The position numbers and the translations under genes are program-made. Shown here piece by piece: positions 10,534 through 24,700 of a stretch of DNA of 64,000 nucleotides (position 1 is its first letter; every line of letters starts with the position of its first letter). This DNA comes from Penicillus capitatus (taxonomy: Eukaryota; Plantae; Chlorophyta): NCBI GenBank assembly GCA_965649825.1, contig OZ287703.1:863722-927721 (forward strand), given 5' to 3'. The notes beneath the pieces are model-generated. The model was not told where the DNA came from. It worked only from the letters and a program-made list of their open reading frames with translations, and made no database searches.

Positions 10534-12205
10534 AGTCCTTTGCTGACTGGATCTGCTATCCTTTAAGCAATGGTCCAAACTCTCACAGAAACCAACAGGC
10601 ACCGTGCTATTGTTAATCACGCATACCAGTCTTCGACAGTTACTCGTTAAACGAATGCGAAACTGTTCCGTCCATCCACACGTGTTCATTGCCACCAGCG
10701 CGCATCCATACCTTCAGTCTCAAAGAGAACACACTTAGGATGAAAAACAAGCGCTTCAGCGACGAGTCTGTTCGCCTGCTACGTTGTTCTCTTACAACAT
10801 CTCTTAGGAATGGTCGCTACTAAAACTGTCTTCCATTTCGGCGTGACTGCTCCTCGGATAAAGCAAATCCAAATCCATACGACAATGTGGCTGCTTTCGT
10901 GCAGAATAGCGCACGCCAAATCAGGAAGGCGGCCTATCGGATCTCAGTCCGTCGGTGAGACCTGTGTCCTTCGCAACACAGAAATCGATGTCTATTCATA
11001 CCACTTCTGATTTGACGTTTCGAAAAGACATCGACGTCTCCCAAAGAAGTCCACGTCGTTTTTGGGGATCTCGCAATGAGCATGATCCCTGCAAGAGATC
11101 AGAAGTCGAAGGCACAGCAAGTCCTGACAAGAGTACTCTAGCAGTCTCTAAAAGACGAAGGATTCAGCCGGAATCGTCCTGAATTTGAACGAGACTTTCA
11201 GATCGTGAGCTTTCGGACATCTCCGAACGTATAGTGTGTTTATACCAGCTGACCTTATGAATGCATCAGTAATGCGCTTTGATCCATTCTGTTCCCATAC
11301 AATGCAACAAACAAAGTGGATGTATGGGCAATCAGACACTGTTGCCTGGTATAGACACCTCGATCCAGCCTCGTACAGTTCATTCTGCCAAGCAAACCTC
11401 CTGATTGGTTTCAACAAACCTGTTGCCGCTCCCAGAAGGTCAGCGTCGAGGAAAAAAGCGACCAGTTGATTGAGACATCCAGAGGTACTACATATGCAGT
11501 TCTCGTTGATTCACGGACATAGAACGCGACGATGCCGATACTGCAACACGCTGTGCGGAACAACTGATGTTTCCGAGTCTATACTGTCCTCTCACTCCTA
11601 CCAATCAAGGAAGCAGGATGACGGAACTTGGCGTCCGACAATTTGTTTCGCCGCGTGCTTCATTCTCATTCCATCGACTTCTTGATTGACGTGACTTTGA
11701 TACCATGTCCTTTCGCGTTGAATGATGGTATAAGTGACGGACTGCCGAGGTGGCTTAGACGAGGTCGACGTTTTCGAAATAACTTCAGCACTGCGCGGAA
11801 CCGTCGCCTGAATTAAAGCGGAATTCTGCGTCATCGCTTCACCTTGCAACCGCTTGTCGCATTCGTAAAGTCTGTTGCCTCCTTGGCCACATCCTGAACA
11901 CTCGCGTTTGTCGCTGCTGTGCGTCGATTTCGAGGTATCATTGTAACACGTTTGCGCCGACGCGGGACTTCTACCCGTCATCTCCGTTCCGTACAGGGCC
12001 GGACCGAGCCGGCGCCCGTCGCGCTATCGACAACGCTTACAAAGTCTTAAACGCTCTGCTTACTGGTTTGTGTTGCAGGAGAAGCGGTAACAACAGCTCT
12101 CTTATTCGCTCGAGTTCACATAAGGGGGTGCGATAGGTCGCGTTTGAAGCAAACGGTTAGCGGCGTTTGAAGTGTTTTGTTTTCAGTCTTAGCGCCGCCA
12201 GAAAA

Positions 12206-13603
12206 ATGTTGGTCTACATCACAAGGCCTGTGGCAGAACCCTTTCTTATGTCTTGCTCTCCAGAAGACACCGTTAGTGATATGAAAACGAAGGTGCGCAA
12301 CACAGAGGGAATTCCACCCCGTTTGCAATGCTTTACGAATCAAAACGGAATGCCCATGGTCGATGGCAAACTCAAGGACTATGGCATTGAAGACAGACAC
12401 TCTATATATCTGGAGTTCCCGCCAGGCGCGCAAGAAACAATGAAGATATCCATCGAGACGTTCAGTGGAAAATCGTTCTCCATCCTTTGCTCTCCTGAAA
12501 ACACAGTTGATGATATCAGAATCAAAGTGGAACACAAATCGGGTATCCCACCTGCTCGGCAGCGCTTAACAAATCTAAACAGAACGCTTACGAACGATTG
12601 GAAACTAAAGGATTACGGTATTGAAGACGGACATGCACTATTCCTGGAGCTTCTGCCAAGCGAGCAAGAAACAATGAAGATATGCGTGAGGACAATGAAT
12701 AATAAGATCATGCCCATGTTTTGCTCTCCCGAAGACCGCGTTCATGATATCAAAATGAAAGTGTACAGCAGAGAGCGAATCCCACCCCGTCTGCAACGCT
12801 TGACGAATCAAAGCGGAACGCTTATGGTTGGTGGCAAACTCAAGGACTACGGTATTGAAGACAGACACTCTTTATTCCTGGAGCTTCTGCCAAACGTGCG
12901 AGGAATAATGGAGATATATATCAAGACGTTGACTGGTAAAACCTTTTCCATCTTTTGCTCTCCCGAAGACACCGTTGGTGACATCAAAGCCACAGTGGAA
13001 AACAAAGAGGGGATCCCACCCGATATGCAACGCCTTATTTTTGCTGGATACCAGCTAGAAGCTGATAGATATCTAAAGGACTACGAAATTAAACAAACGA
13101 GTGTTTTGCATCTGATCCTCAGGCTCCGTGGCGGCGGCTTCGCTCCCGGTATGGCTCTCAACTTCGCCAGTATGAAAGATGGTAACAAAAGAGGATTCTC
13201 AGAAAGGGCGCCAGAATACAGAATCATCGTACGCGGATTCAATCTGGAAGGACGATGCATGAATGAGAAATGCAGAGCTTTCAAGCGTTTGGCATGGAGT
13301 AGACTTGGACTCTCTAGCTGTCTGGAGGGAGTCGATTCTCTCTTTGAGGCGGCTGGATTCAACATAGGCTCATTGCTGCACAACACACCATGTCCCCTCT
13401 GCAAGGAGGCAATGGACCCTGATTCCATTGTGTCTTGCGGATTCTATCGATGCCAGTACACCTTCGAAGGCTATCAGGAGGGCGAGAAGACAGTCATCAA
13501 AGGAAGTGGTAAACATGACGACCTCGATGGATTCGAATATCACAGCGGAGTGATGAACAGCAAAAGTTGGATGACATTGGTCATCCATGTCAAAGCTCTT
13601 TGA
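12206..13603 (+). CDS. Ubiquitin-like x4 plus Cys-rich C-terminal domain fusion protein (no intron in this CDS)
   Basis: Three 78-aa UBL units ending [11 protein letters not shown], a fourth ending LRLRGG, then the same Cys-rich domain as 6844-7776. Confidence 0.87.
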   Translation: MLVYITRPVAEPFLMSCSPEDTVSDMKTKVRNTEGIPPRLQCFTNQNGMPMVDGKLKDYGIEDRHSIYLEFPPGAQETMKISIETFSGKSFSILCSPENTVDDIRIKVEHKSGIPPARQRLTNLNRTLTNDWKLKDYGIEDGHALFLELLPSEQETMKICVRTMNNKIMPMFCSPEDRVHDIKMKVYSRERIPPRLQRLTNQSGTLMVGGKLKDYGIEDRHSLFLELLPNVRGIMEIYIKTLTGKTFSIFCSPEDTVGDIKATVENKEGIPPDMQRLIFAGYQLEADRYLKDYEIKQTSVLHLILRLRGGGFAPGMALNFASMKDGNKRGFSERAPEYRIIVRGFNLEGRCMNEKCRAFKRLAWSRLGLSSCLEGVDSLFEAAGFNIGSLLHNTPCPLCKEAMDPDSIVSCGFYRCQYTFEGYQEGEKTVIKGSGKHDDLDGFEYHSGVMNSKSWMTLVIHVKAL

Positions 13604-14199
13604 GATACCACCACCTGATGTCACTTGAGATTAGCGTCTTCTCTTTAAGCGACTGTCGTTCGAAGGAGTCCCCACAGAGACCAGCCTTCTACATTTCCTC
13701 GGTCAATGAACCAATCTGCAGACCGTGTACATGAACCAAAACTTTTATTTCCATCCATTATTGCAATGTCAGTCGGTTTGAGCAGCAACGATCTGAGGAT
13801 TTGCTTGTTCCCTCTTAACAGTTGATTTAAACAATTTGCATGTGTGACAATCATAGCCTCATCTCAGATACCGCGGCATTCTTGTAAAAGGTGTAATAAC
13901 TGTAGTAACTGACAGGATGGAACAGGGTCTTTAAAAGAGATCATACAGCGTAAGGATCGATAATGGATGGCTCTTGGAGCAGATGTGCTCTTCGATCGGC
14001 CTGTACGCGTAGATAGACGGTTGGGCGAACGTATTGGATAACTGCCACCGCATGCATTCGTCGTAGGAATTGCACTGCAGTACGACGACCACTTGCTGTT
14101 GCTTCCGCCACTCCGGTCGCGTTTGAGCGAAATGCCGATCTTCAATGCGACAGCCCTCGTTTCGCGATCGGACGGGATTGGAGCGTCGCTTCTCCTACG

Positions 14200-17181
14200 A
14201 TGCAGGGCTCCGAGTTTGAAGGACGACTCGAAGTTCGCAGTTACAGCGAAAGATTCGAATCTCCATTCTCGTCGACAATCTCTGTCTGCTGCAGGAGTAT
14301 TGCTTCAATTTACCTGAGTCTCTCACCAGGCTTGCCGCGAGCCATGGCAGAGATCTGAGACATGTGGCGGCGGTATTTGTACCGAAAGCCTCCTTTGATT
14401 GTCTGGTATCGATTTCGATTTCTACCTGGATGGGTATTTTAATGGGAATCGATTTCTCGCAGGGCGGTTTTCCATCTTTTTGCCTTCATGCTTTCAAACA
14501 TCGCAGAAATGACAGCTGTGTGATCGTTGGCCCTCAAGGTGCTTCATTTGTATGTTTGTGTGAGAAGTGTGATTAAATAGGGAACATGTATGTATACAGG
14601 TTTCGAGAAACATTTGATGGGATTCGGCCGCCTGGGATCGAAACCTCTAAAAGAAGCCACTAGCGTTCGCATTCTGTGTCCCAATTACCACGACAACTGT
14701 TACGAAGACAATACCATCGTCGCCTATGGACTCTGCGCCGGCTGTTCCTCCTTCGCTCCGCCGCCGGATTGGATGACCCAGTCACACAACATGGAAGCGA
14801 TCGATCTCGTCTCAGAATCTGACGATGATGAGGACGAACACGAAGATGTGGCTACAGCGCCCACCGAGCCGACGAGGAAGAAAGGTAGCACCTAGATGCA
14901 TCACACATAGAACAGCATCTCGATAAATTCTCATTCAAAGGATCCAAGAGGAGAATCGAAGACACGATTGTCTTGAGTTCCGAGGAAGAAGCAGAGACAA
15001 CATCAGAGTTGCTGCCAATGGAGAGGCAAAATGTTTTGCCACATATCCATCGCAAGAAACTGCAAAAGAAAGTCCATTTACAGCGCGATGCTTCATCATA
15101 TGTTCTGGTCGTCTCCAACGGAAATCCAGATCCGAATCAAAAGAACTCGCCGAACGATGAGAAGCAAGGAACAATCAATTGCTTTGTGATTCACCTAAAG
15201 GAGACGAAGGAGTTGCTGGTGGTGGTCATGCTGTATGACAGTGCTTCACTAGAGCAGCTGAAGAGACATCCACACTGGGGCTACATTCGCTATCCGAAGT
15301 GCGTCATCAAAGCCGTCTTCCATCTATCGGCGCCTGAGCTCATGGCGAAGGCGAAGTACAAGAGATGGGCTGCTTCGCTGAGCGGCGAGCAGATCTTTGT
15401 GGACAGCACCATCGGAGAGGGCATCGGTTTGGATGTGGGATTATCAAAAGTGCTGGACAGAGGCATCCGACTCAGAGCCGTTGTGGAAAAGCATTTTCCT
15501 CTGCCCGTCTCATTCTCCAATCCTCCCAATAGCAACGGCATCGTCCGTCCAGGTAGGATGATCAAATGGCAACAGTCGGGGTTATTCAGAGTGTCTTCCA
15601 GAGAGTGGAGATGTCCTGCCTGCCAAACACATGACAGCCTATCTGTTAACACAGATTCTTTACGAGAGGAGAGGAGAGCATCTGAAGAAAATACCCTCTC
15701 CGATCGATGATGTCAATCCAAGTACGGCACGGACACGGCTTAAGATCCCCGGGCAGCAAATTACGTCTTTGTTCTTTGGCATAGAGATGCTGATCTCGAC
15801 CACGCTGAGACAGAATGCAAGAGCAAGAGAGATGGTGCAGGAAAACGAACAGAGATGTCTCCATCTGCAGTTTCCGTGGGATGCTTACCGTTCGTTTTTT
15901 GAGGGCGCCCCGACGCGTCGAAGGCACTATGGATGTACCATGCCGGATCGATGGCAATCTGTTCTGTCGTATGCAAGAGAAGTCTTCTTTCAACAAGGCG
16001 GCACCCCCTCTGGAGTGTTGTCCCTCGCGAAAGACAACGATCCGAGCTCTCTGTTCTTCTTGGGAACGGGATGCGCCGAGCCGTCGGCATGGAGAGGCGC
16101 AAGTGCCATCCTCATTCGCACGGGCAGAGAACAGAAGGGTATACTGCTAGACTGTGGAGAAGGCACCTACGGACAGCTCTGTCGATATCTTGGCCCAGAC
16201 AAGGCCAGACAGACAGTAAGCCATTGACTCTCTTTCATAGCGGTGACCCCTTTCGATGATCTCTCCGATGTCTCGCAGTCGATTCTGGAAATCTCTGTTG
16301 CTAAATGTTAACTGTGTGACATATGAGATGACTTATTCCGTTTTGCACGTGCAGGTGAATCGTCTTGAATGCATCTGGATCTCGCACCGTCACACCGATC
16401 ACTGCGCCGGTATTGGTGCACTGCTCTCAAAGCGAGATCGAAGCCGTCCGTTAGTAACGGTCTTCTGCTCAAAAGAGATTCGCGGGTTCTTGCACACCGT
16501 CGACATTCCTTGTCATTGTGTCAGGAACGCCGAGATGTTGCACGAGAGCTTTAGCAATCTCAGGACTTCGTTGGGCATCAGTCAGTGGATCGCTTTTCCT
16601 GTGGAGCACAGTGTATCCGCCTACGGAATCCGGATCAACTGGCGAAGTGGTTTCAGTCTCGTATACTCTGGTATGTTCCTCCTCACCATCACATCCCATC
16701 CGCACTTTGCTCTGCAGGGGATACGCGTCCGTGCGAAGAGCTCGTGCGACAGGCTATGAATTGCACACTTCTCATCCACGAGAGCACGCATTCGTGTCAC
16801 GATGGCAAGAGAGCAAGGGAGACACAACATTCGACGTGGGGACAGGCATTGGAGGTCGCTTATCGTACAGGGGCGTACAGAACTATTCTAACGCATTTCT
16901 CCCGTCTCTATCCTGGATTGCCAAGTGGATTGACGGCGCAGCGACTCGGCAGTCGTGCCTCCGTTGCCTTCGATGGCATGTTCATACGATTCATTGACCT
17001 TCCTTTTCTGCCATCGTTTAACCATGCGATGGAAGAAGTGCTGCAAGAGATTGAGTTCGGTGGAGATCTGGTCTCGTCCGATGACGACGAGGTTATCGAT
17101 CTGATCTCGGAACCATCATCGGATGAAGATATCGAAGAAGAGGTGACACAAAGAGTCAAGCGTCTAACGATCGAAAATTAA
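14200..17181 (+). CDS. Long-form tRNase Z (ELAC2-like) metallo-beta-lactamase, divergent, multi-exon; 5' end approximate
   Basis: FLGTGCAEPS, LLDCGEGTYGQL, ISHRHTDH (HxHxDH), PVEHSVSAYG, YSGDTRPC, LIHEST, HST, LTHFS; N-terminal YCFNLPESLTRL and GGFPSF..IVGPQG match the ELAC2 N-domain layout. Confidence 0.85.
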
Positions 17182-17577
17182 TCGGGATTGGATTCGTCGT
17201 GCTAAGCACGACGGCATATGTTAAGTGTACATATAACTTGATCTACGGCAGACACATTTCATACCTCACTCAAAAATGATGTGTGATAAGGCATGCTATG
17301 AAGCCGATCACACTTTTGTGTATATTTTATTTGTCCTCCATTTTGGCGCATCGACAGACATTGGAATCCTGCGTCGATGCTGCCCTGTTAAGTGAGGGGG
17401 TCCCACAAGGAGAGATCTTTTGATGAGCATCCATTCCTATGCGCACGCGACGTGCATGATCGCTTTCATTCTGGACATCTCGTGCGTTATCGCCCTTTCT
17501 GCGAGATTTGCCGTTCTCACGACTGTTTATCATAGAGACGGCACAAGCGGCTTGTGGGCATTAGCGATCTCGACACG

Positions 17578-19220
<1,643 letters not shown>

Positions 19221-19275
19221 AGGCATTGAATGCTTTGGATCGACCGAACGCATGTTGCAAGGCAGACCGTTGCCG

Positions 19276-20841
19276 TCATGTCTGTCTCTTTGGCAGCAAT
19301 GCATCCACGAAGGATGGGGCATCAAACGGCTGCAGATCGTCAAGGCCTTCTCCCACACCCACAAAACGAACAGGCAACTCCAGTGCATCCATGACGGAGA
19401 TGATCGCCCCACCCTTAGCCGTTCCATCTAGCTTCGTCAGAATCAGACCTGTCAGGCCTACGGTCTCGTGGAACTCTTGTGCCTGGTTGAGCATATTGAG
19501 TCCTAAACGCCATCCATGTTCAGCCGACGCTCGAAAAAGGACGAGGGTCGGTCACCTGTTGTACCGTCCAGTACCAGGAAGACCTCGTGCGGAGCGCCCG
19601 TCATTTTCTTGCTCAATGTTCTTTTGCATTTCGCGAGCTCTTCCATGAGGCCATAGTTTGTATGCAGGCGACCAGAGGTGTCACAGATCACGAGATCCAC
19701 ATCCTTTTCGGAGAGAGCTGACCCACAGACAGGTGTGAGATCATTGCAGGAGCCGATGGTGAGGTAGAATCATCACCGCGGTTGAGAGTTTCGTAGAGAA
19801 CCGTAGATGGCTTCTGTCCTTCTTTCACTGGTCCCATCACAGATCCGGAACGCTCACACCTGATACAGAACGCATCACGTATTTCTCTCCAGGAGAGATC
19901 ACCGACCATTTTTCCAACTGCTCGTATCCAGCCGCTCGAAACGTGTCTCCTGCTGCCAGCATCACCTGGTGTCAGTCACATCAGATGACGATCCTGTCAG
20001 GTGGATGGACACTCGGATCGTGACCTTCTGTCCTGTCTGGACAAAACGATGGGCGAGTTTGCCGATGGTGGTGGTTTTACCACCTCCATTCACCCCCACG
20101 ATCATCCACACTAGCGGCCGATCTGTCACATCACCTGGCCCCGCCCATATCCATCACATCACCCGTTCAGCATCGATGTACCTTCTGCATCAGCCAGAGG
20201 CGGATTCTGTTCGATCTTGTTAGACAGCATGGATGCAATGGACGTTTTCAATACGTCAAAGATCTGATCGCCGTTCTGAATCTCGCCGTTTCGAATCTGA
20301 TCTCGGATGCTGTCCGTCAGCTTTAGCGCAATAGCAGGTCCAAAATCGGCCATCTGTACAAAAACACCTTTGCCACTGAGAGGTCACATCTTGGCTGAGG
20401 AAGGACGGACTCACAATCAGCGCATCCTCCAGTTCCTCAAGTGTATCCTCGGAGCTCTCCAGTGTCCAATAGGCCAGCAGTTCATCCACGACCTTCAGAA
20501 AGGGGACCTGAATTTCTGGATAGATTATGGAGAAGTGGCACTCCGAGTTTTTCTCGCGTTTTTGAAGTTCCTTTAAAAACGCGTTCGAAGTCGACAGCGG
20601 CTTTTTCACGTAGGACTCTGCCGATCTTCTTTAGGACGCCTGGACTCTGTTCGATCATTCCGAATGAGGGCGACTCTGTATTCTGTAGTGCCCTACCGTT
20701 CCTTCCGACGTCGCTGCAATACGAGGCCGTCGGATCACAGAGGTGGAGTACGGACGACCATAGGGACATCTCGCGATTCGTGTGCACATTATTGGCTTCG
20801 TTGGGGATCTCGAAAGAGACCGAGGTGATAGCAGACGTCAC
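19276..20841 (-). CDS. ftsY: Chloroplast SRP receptor FtsY, multi-exon; start uncertain
   Basis: IVGVNGGGKTTTIGKLA, DTSGRLHTN, LDGTTG, TKLDGTAKGG, GVGEGLDDLQPF; NG-domain LEELEDALI..ADFGP. Confidence 0.94.
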
Positions 20842-21759
20842 ATCTTTGTGTCGTGGACGGAACGTACGATCTCTTCTCCATGCCGGACATCGTTTCTTTA
20901 CTCAGCAGCTGTTTCTGTATCGCAGAAGACACCCCTGATCGCCAAGTGCGAGCGACAAACGCTCGTGGACGGATATAAGGAGTCTGAATCAATTTACAGG
21001 AAGGCTTTAGAATGGCTGCTCCGTGTGTTGGGTGGGCTGGCGCCGGCCGAAAAACTGGGAGACGACAACGACGGCTACGTCGCCGACAGGGACGAGTCGC
21101 ACAACGAACTGAGTAGCAATAGTGAATAATCAATGACAGACGTATACAACAGAATCGCCCGCTTTAAATATCCAGAATCCACCATGGTGTCTCTTCTTCC
21201 AGAAAAAGAATGAGAAAGGGCGTCAAGCAATGAGTATTCGCATGATAAGCTGTCGAATAGAAACGGGATAGTATATGATCATAGAGAGCAGTAGTTCTCA
21301 ATGTCGCCATGCCGCATGCTTTACATGAAGCGAAACAACCACAAGGACCTTTTCCATTGCACCTATTCTCAGATGGCATCTGCGCTTGTTACAGCCGAAT
21401 TCGCTCTTTCGAATCATCCGTTGTATTTTCCAACAATTTGTTGGACATTGAATAATGGAGCATGCGATTTCGGTCTTAGAGAATCACATGTGCAGTTATG
21501 GAAACAAGATTTTGTCAGAAAACGGAAAATACGTAAAAAAAAGTTGAATGACATGTCTTCAGAAGAAAGTGCATCTGCCTTTGTTGAGCACGACTCCGCA
21601 AGAAACCAAGGCGATACACCCGTCTCTCCGTTCAAAACAATGCATTCTGTTATTGATTTCAGAATAGACCACAAAGAAGAACAGATACAGGTCGAAGACA
21701 TAATGTAACGATTTTGCATGGAAAGGTATCTTTCATCATCTACGCTGATAACGACCTAT

Positions 21760-24700
21760 CTACGAGTACTTTGTCGATTGAACCATGCCGTTGAAAAAAC
21801 CCCCTTCCTTTTTGACCAATTCGGCAGGACTGCCATATTCAACAAGTTCTCCATTGTTGAGCACGAGAAGCACATCGCAGTCCATGACGGTGTCGATCCT
21901 GTGCGCTACGATCAAGATCGTCTTCTTGCTCTGCGCGATCAACGAACGCAAGGAGTGTTGGATCAGTCCATCCGTCATCTTGTCCACATTGGCCGTCGCC
22001 TCGTCCAGAACCAAGATCTTCGTGTCGGAAAGCAGAGCCCTATGACACGTCTGTTAGACAGTAAGATATGGACAAGAGCGTATACCTGGCCAGGCAGAGG
22101 AGCTGGCGTTGTCCGACACTCAGATTGCTGCCGGACTCTGCAATGAGCGCATCCAGCCCTCCCAGATCCTTGACAACAGATTCCAGACACACGGTCTTCA
22201 ACGTGTCCCAAATCTTCGCATCGCTTTGCTCGTTCCATGGATCGAGGTTCGATCTCAGCGTTCCTGCCAACCGTGAGAGATCTCAGTCATCGAACTGTCG
22301 AGATCGACGCGGAACCTCCGAAAAGGACAGGATCCTGTGGAATCACGGCAATTTGCTTCCTTAGCGCATCCACACCAAGCTGCTGCGTGTTTACTCCGTC
22401 GATCTTGATGTCCCCCTCGACGATGTCGATCAGTCTACACTTCACGAATCTGAGAGGAGTGTGGACAAGGGGAGGCCTCCAACCTGAAAAGCGTGAGTAG
22501 GAGAGAGGATTTCCCAGATCCTGTTCGTCCGACGATTCCAGCAGAGCTGCCTCCAGGAATAGTGAAGGTGAGATCTGTCAGCACAGGTTCCAGTCCTTCA
22601 CGGTACACAGCCGTCACCGACGTGTACTCTATTCCACCTTGTGTCGGCCATCCATCCGGAGCTTCGCCTCCTCCATCCGCGACCCTGCTGCAATACATGA
22701 CATGTTTCTATTCACTAGTACACGGCGGCTCTGCCTGGGCGGTTCCTGTTCAAGCTTCGTATACTCCAGATTCCTTTCGGCAGCTGTCATCGTGTTTTCG
22801 AGCTCTGCCGTCTGACGAACTGCCCATTGTAGCAGATTACTCAATGAGATGATGTACATCAACGCCAGACCCAATATCTCAGACGACACCTACAGAGTGC
22901 TTTACGGTGTCTGACTGATGATCGCAGAGATGGAGCACCTCGTCGGAAAGAATCAAAGTGAATGCGACTGAGAGGAGCATCACTAGGGCCACGATGCCAT
23001 CCAGTCGAACTCCCAGCCAACGCGATGTCAGCAGGAAAGCAGTCCACCAGGATCCATTCAGATCCAAAGCTTGCTCGAAACGCCTCTGGAAATCCATCTC
23101 TATGCCATGTGCGCGGATCGTTGGATGTCCCTTTATGTCCTCTGACAGCATCGCATACACAGGAGAGCGAGTGATTCCGTCGAATCGCTTGATCTCTCTT
23201 GAGGGAACGATGTAGCGATGGCGAATTTTCCAGAAGATCCAGAAAATGAGGACCAAAGCAATCGCCATATAAGGCAGCGCCGTGCAAATGAGAACAAATG
23301 TTCCCAGAACGAATGCCGCCAGCTGAGGACACAATCACTTAGCACATGCCAATCGTGGGGTCATAATCTCACGAGAAACACATCGGCAAAGAGGTATGTG
23401 AGCTCTTCATCTTGAAGCCCGAGATCTTTAGAGAATCGGTTCAGGATTCGGCCGGTGGGGTTCGTGTGGAAGAACTTCAGTGGCGCTGTCAATACCCGTC
23501 GGATCATATGCCCGTGCAACCGGGTGGAGCCCATGATGAACAAGATGAAGATAGAGAAACTGCCAGCCATGTATATGATGGAGCCGACGCCAGTGAAGAC
23601 AGCGAGATTCCACACCCAGTCCATGTTTCTCTGGTCTTCGGAACTTGAAGATGCCCAGTCGGCAACCCACCATTCGACCACAAAGAAGAAACTCTGTCCA
23701 GCGGCACAGAACCCGACGGCTATCAACGTGGACAGCAGGCCAACGTGAAGAATGTACTGCCAGTAGACACGGATACCCACGTTACCCTCTGCTTTGGTCT
23801 CAGCCTCGATGAGCTCTCCCTTCCCTGTAACACCCAGATTTGGGTCGGACGATAGAATGAACGCGTGCGCCTACCTGGATCTTGTTTCTCCTCCTCCGAT
23901 GACGTGTCGATGGGCGTCGTTTTCATTTTATCTGCCTCTGCCTCCTCCACTTCTCCTGTCGATTCTGCAGCGCCTTTCGAATTCTGGTCGATCTATTTGC
24001 CAAAAACCCATGAGGCAATTCTTTCGGAGGTGAAGAGACTTGCCGTTTTGGCATGCATCTCTTTGATGCCTTCAAGGACTGCATGATCGACGAGTTCCTC
24101 GTACGTCCCGACGGCCTCGATCCTGCCTTCGTCCATGATGACGATCCGATCACACAGAGGAAGAAACTGCTTCTGATGGGTCACGAGCAATCTGGTAGAA
24201 TTCTGCATCATCCCATCTGGACCGATGCACCTGATCCACGCCGATATCGATGAAGCAGCTGCCTCCTCGTGCGGGTACTCACTTGTCGAAGAGAATCCGT
24301 CCGACCCTTGCATCCACGGCACTGAGTGGATCGTCCAGCAGATGGATATGTGCCCCGGTATACGCCGCCCTTGCCAATGCAATTCTTGCCTTCTGCCCTC
24401 CTACAAACCAAACCTCTTGAAACAGCTGGACATGTCTCTTGTCATCACCCGAAAGATTGATGCCCTTCTCGCCAAGTTCTGTACCGTCTCCGCTCGGAAA
24501 CTGATCCAGATCAGGCTGAAGTGCACAGCTGTCGATCACTTGATGGAAGCGTTCTTCAGAGAAGGGCTGTCCAAAGATGATGTTCTCTCGGACCGTCCCG
24601 GCCAAGATCCATGGCGTCTGCGAACAGAAAGAGAGCTTGCCAACCGCACGAGCACCTGCAGCCGAGGCACACGTTCTCACGCAGCAACTGTCAACCTCAC

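Larger units (their letters stand above)
10186..14195 (+). repeat. Tandem segmental duplication, copy 2
   Basis: Colinear with 5010-8389; longer mainly because of two extra 234-nt ubiquitin units; ends 4 nt before the putative tRNase Z ATG. Confidence 0.9.

Noticed and set aside
7774-13603. Non-canonical ulvophyte code (TAA/TAG = Gln)
   Set aside because: Paralogous ubiquitin-fusion genes end at the same codon with TAA and TGA, and conserved genes end at TAA/TAG at the expected C-termini.
15590-15630. WRCPACQTH as a zinc ribbon in tRNase Z
   Set aside because: It is the off-frame reading after an intron; the spliced frame reads ECLPESGDVLP.
20920-21708. Possible small plus-strand gene between ftsY and ABCC copy 1
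   Set aside because: Several frames look protein-like but I could not build a consistent spliced model or recognise a domain; left unannotated.
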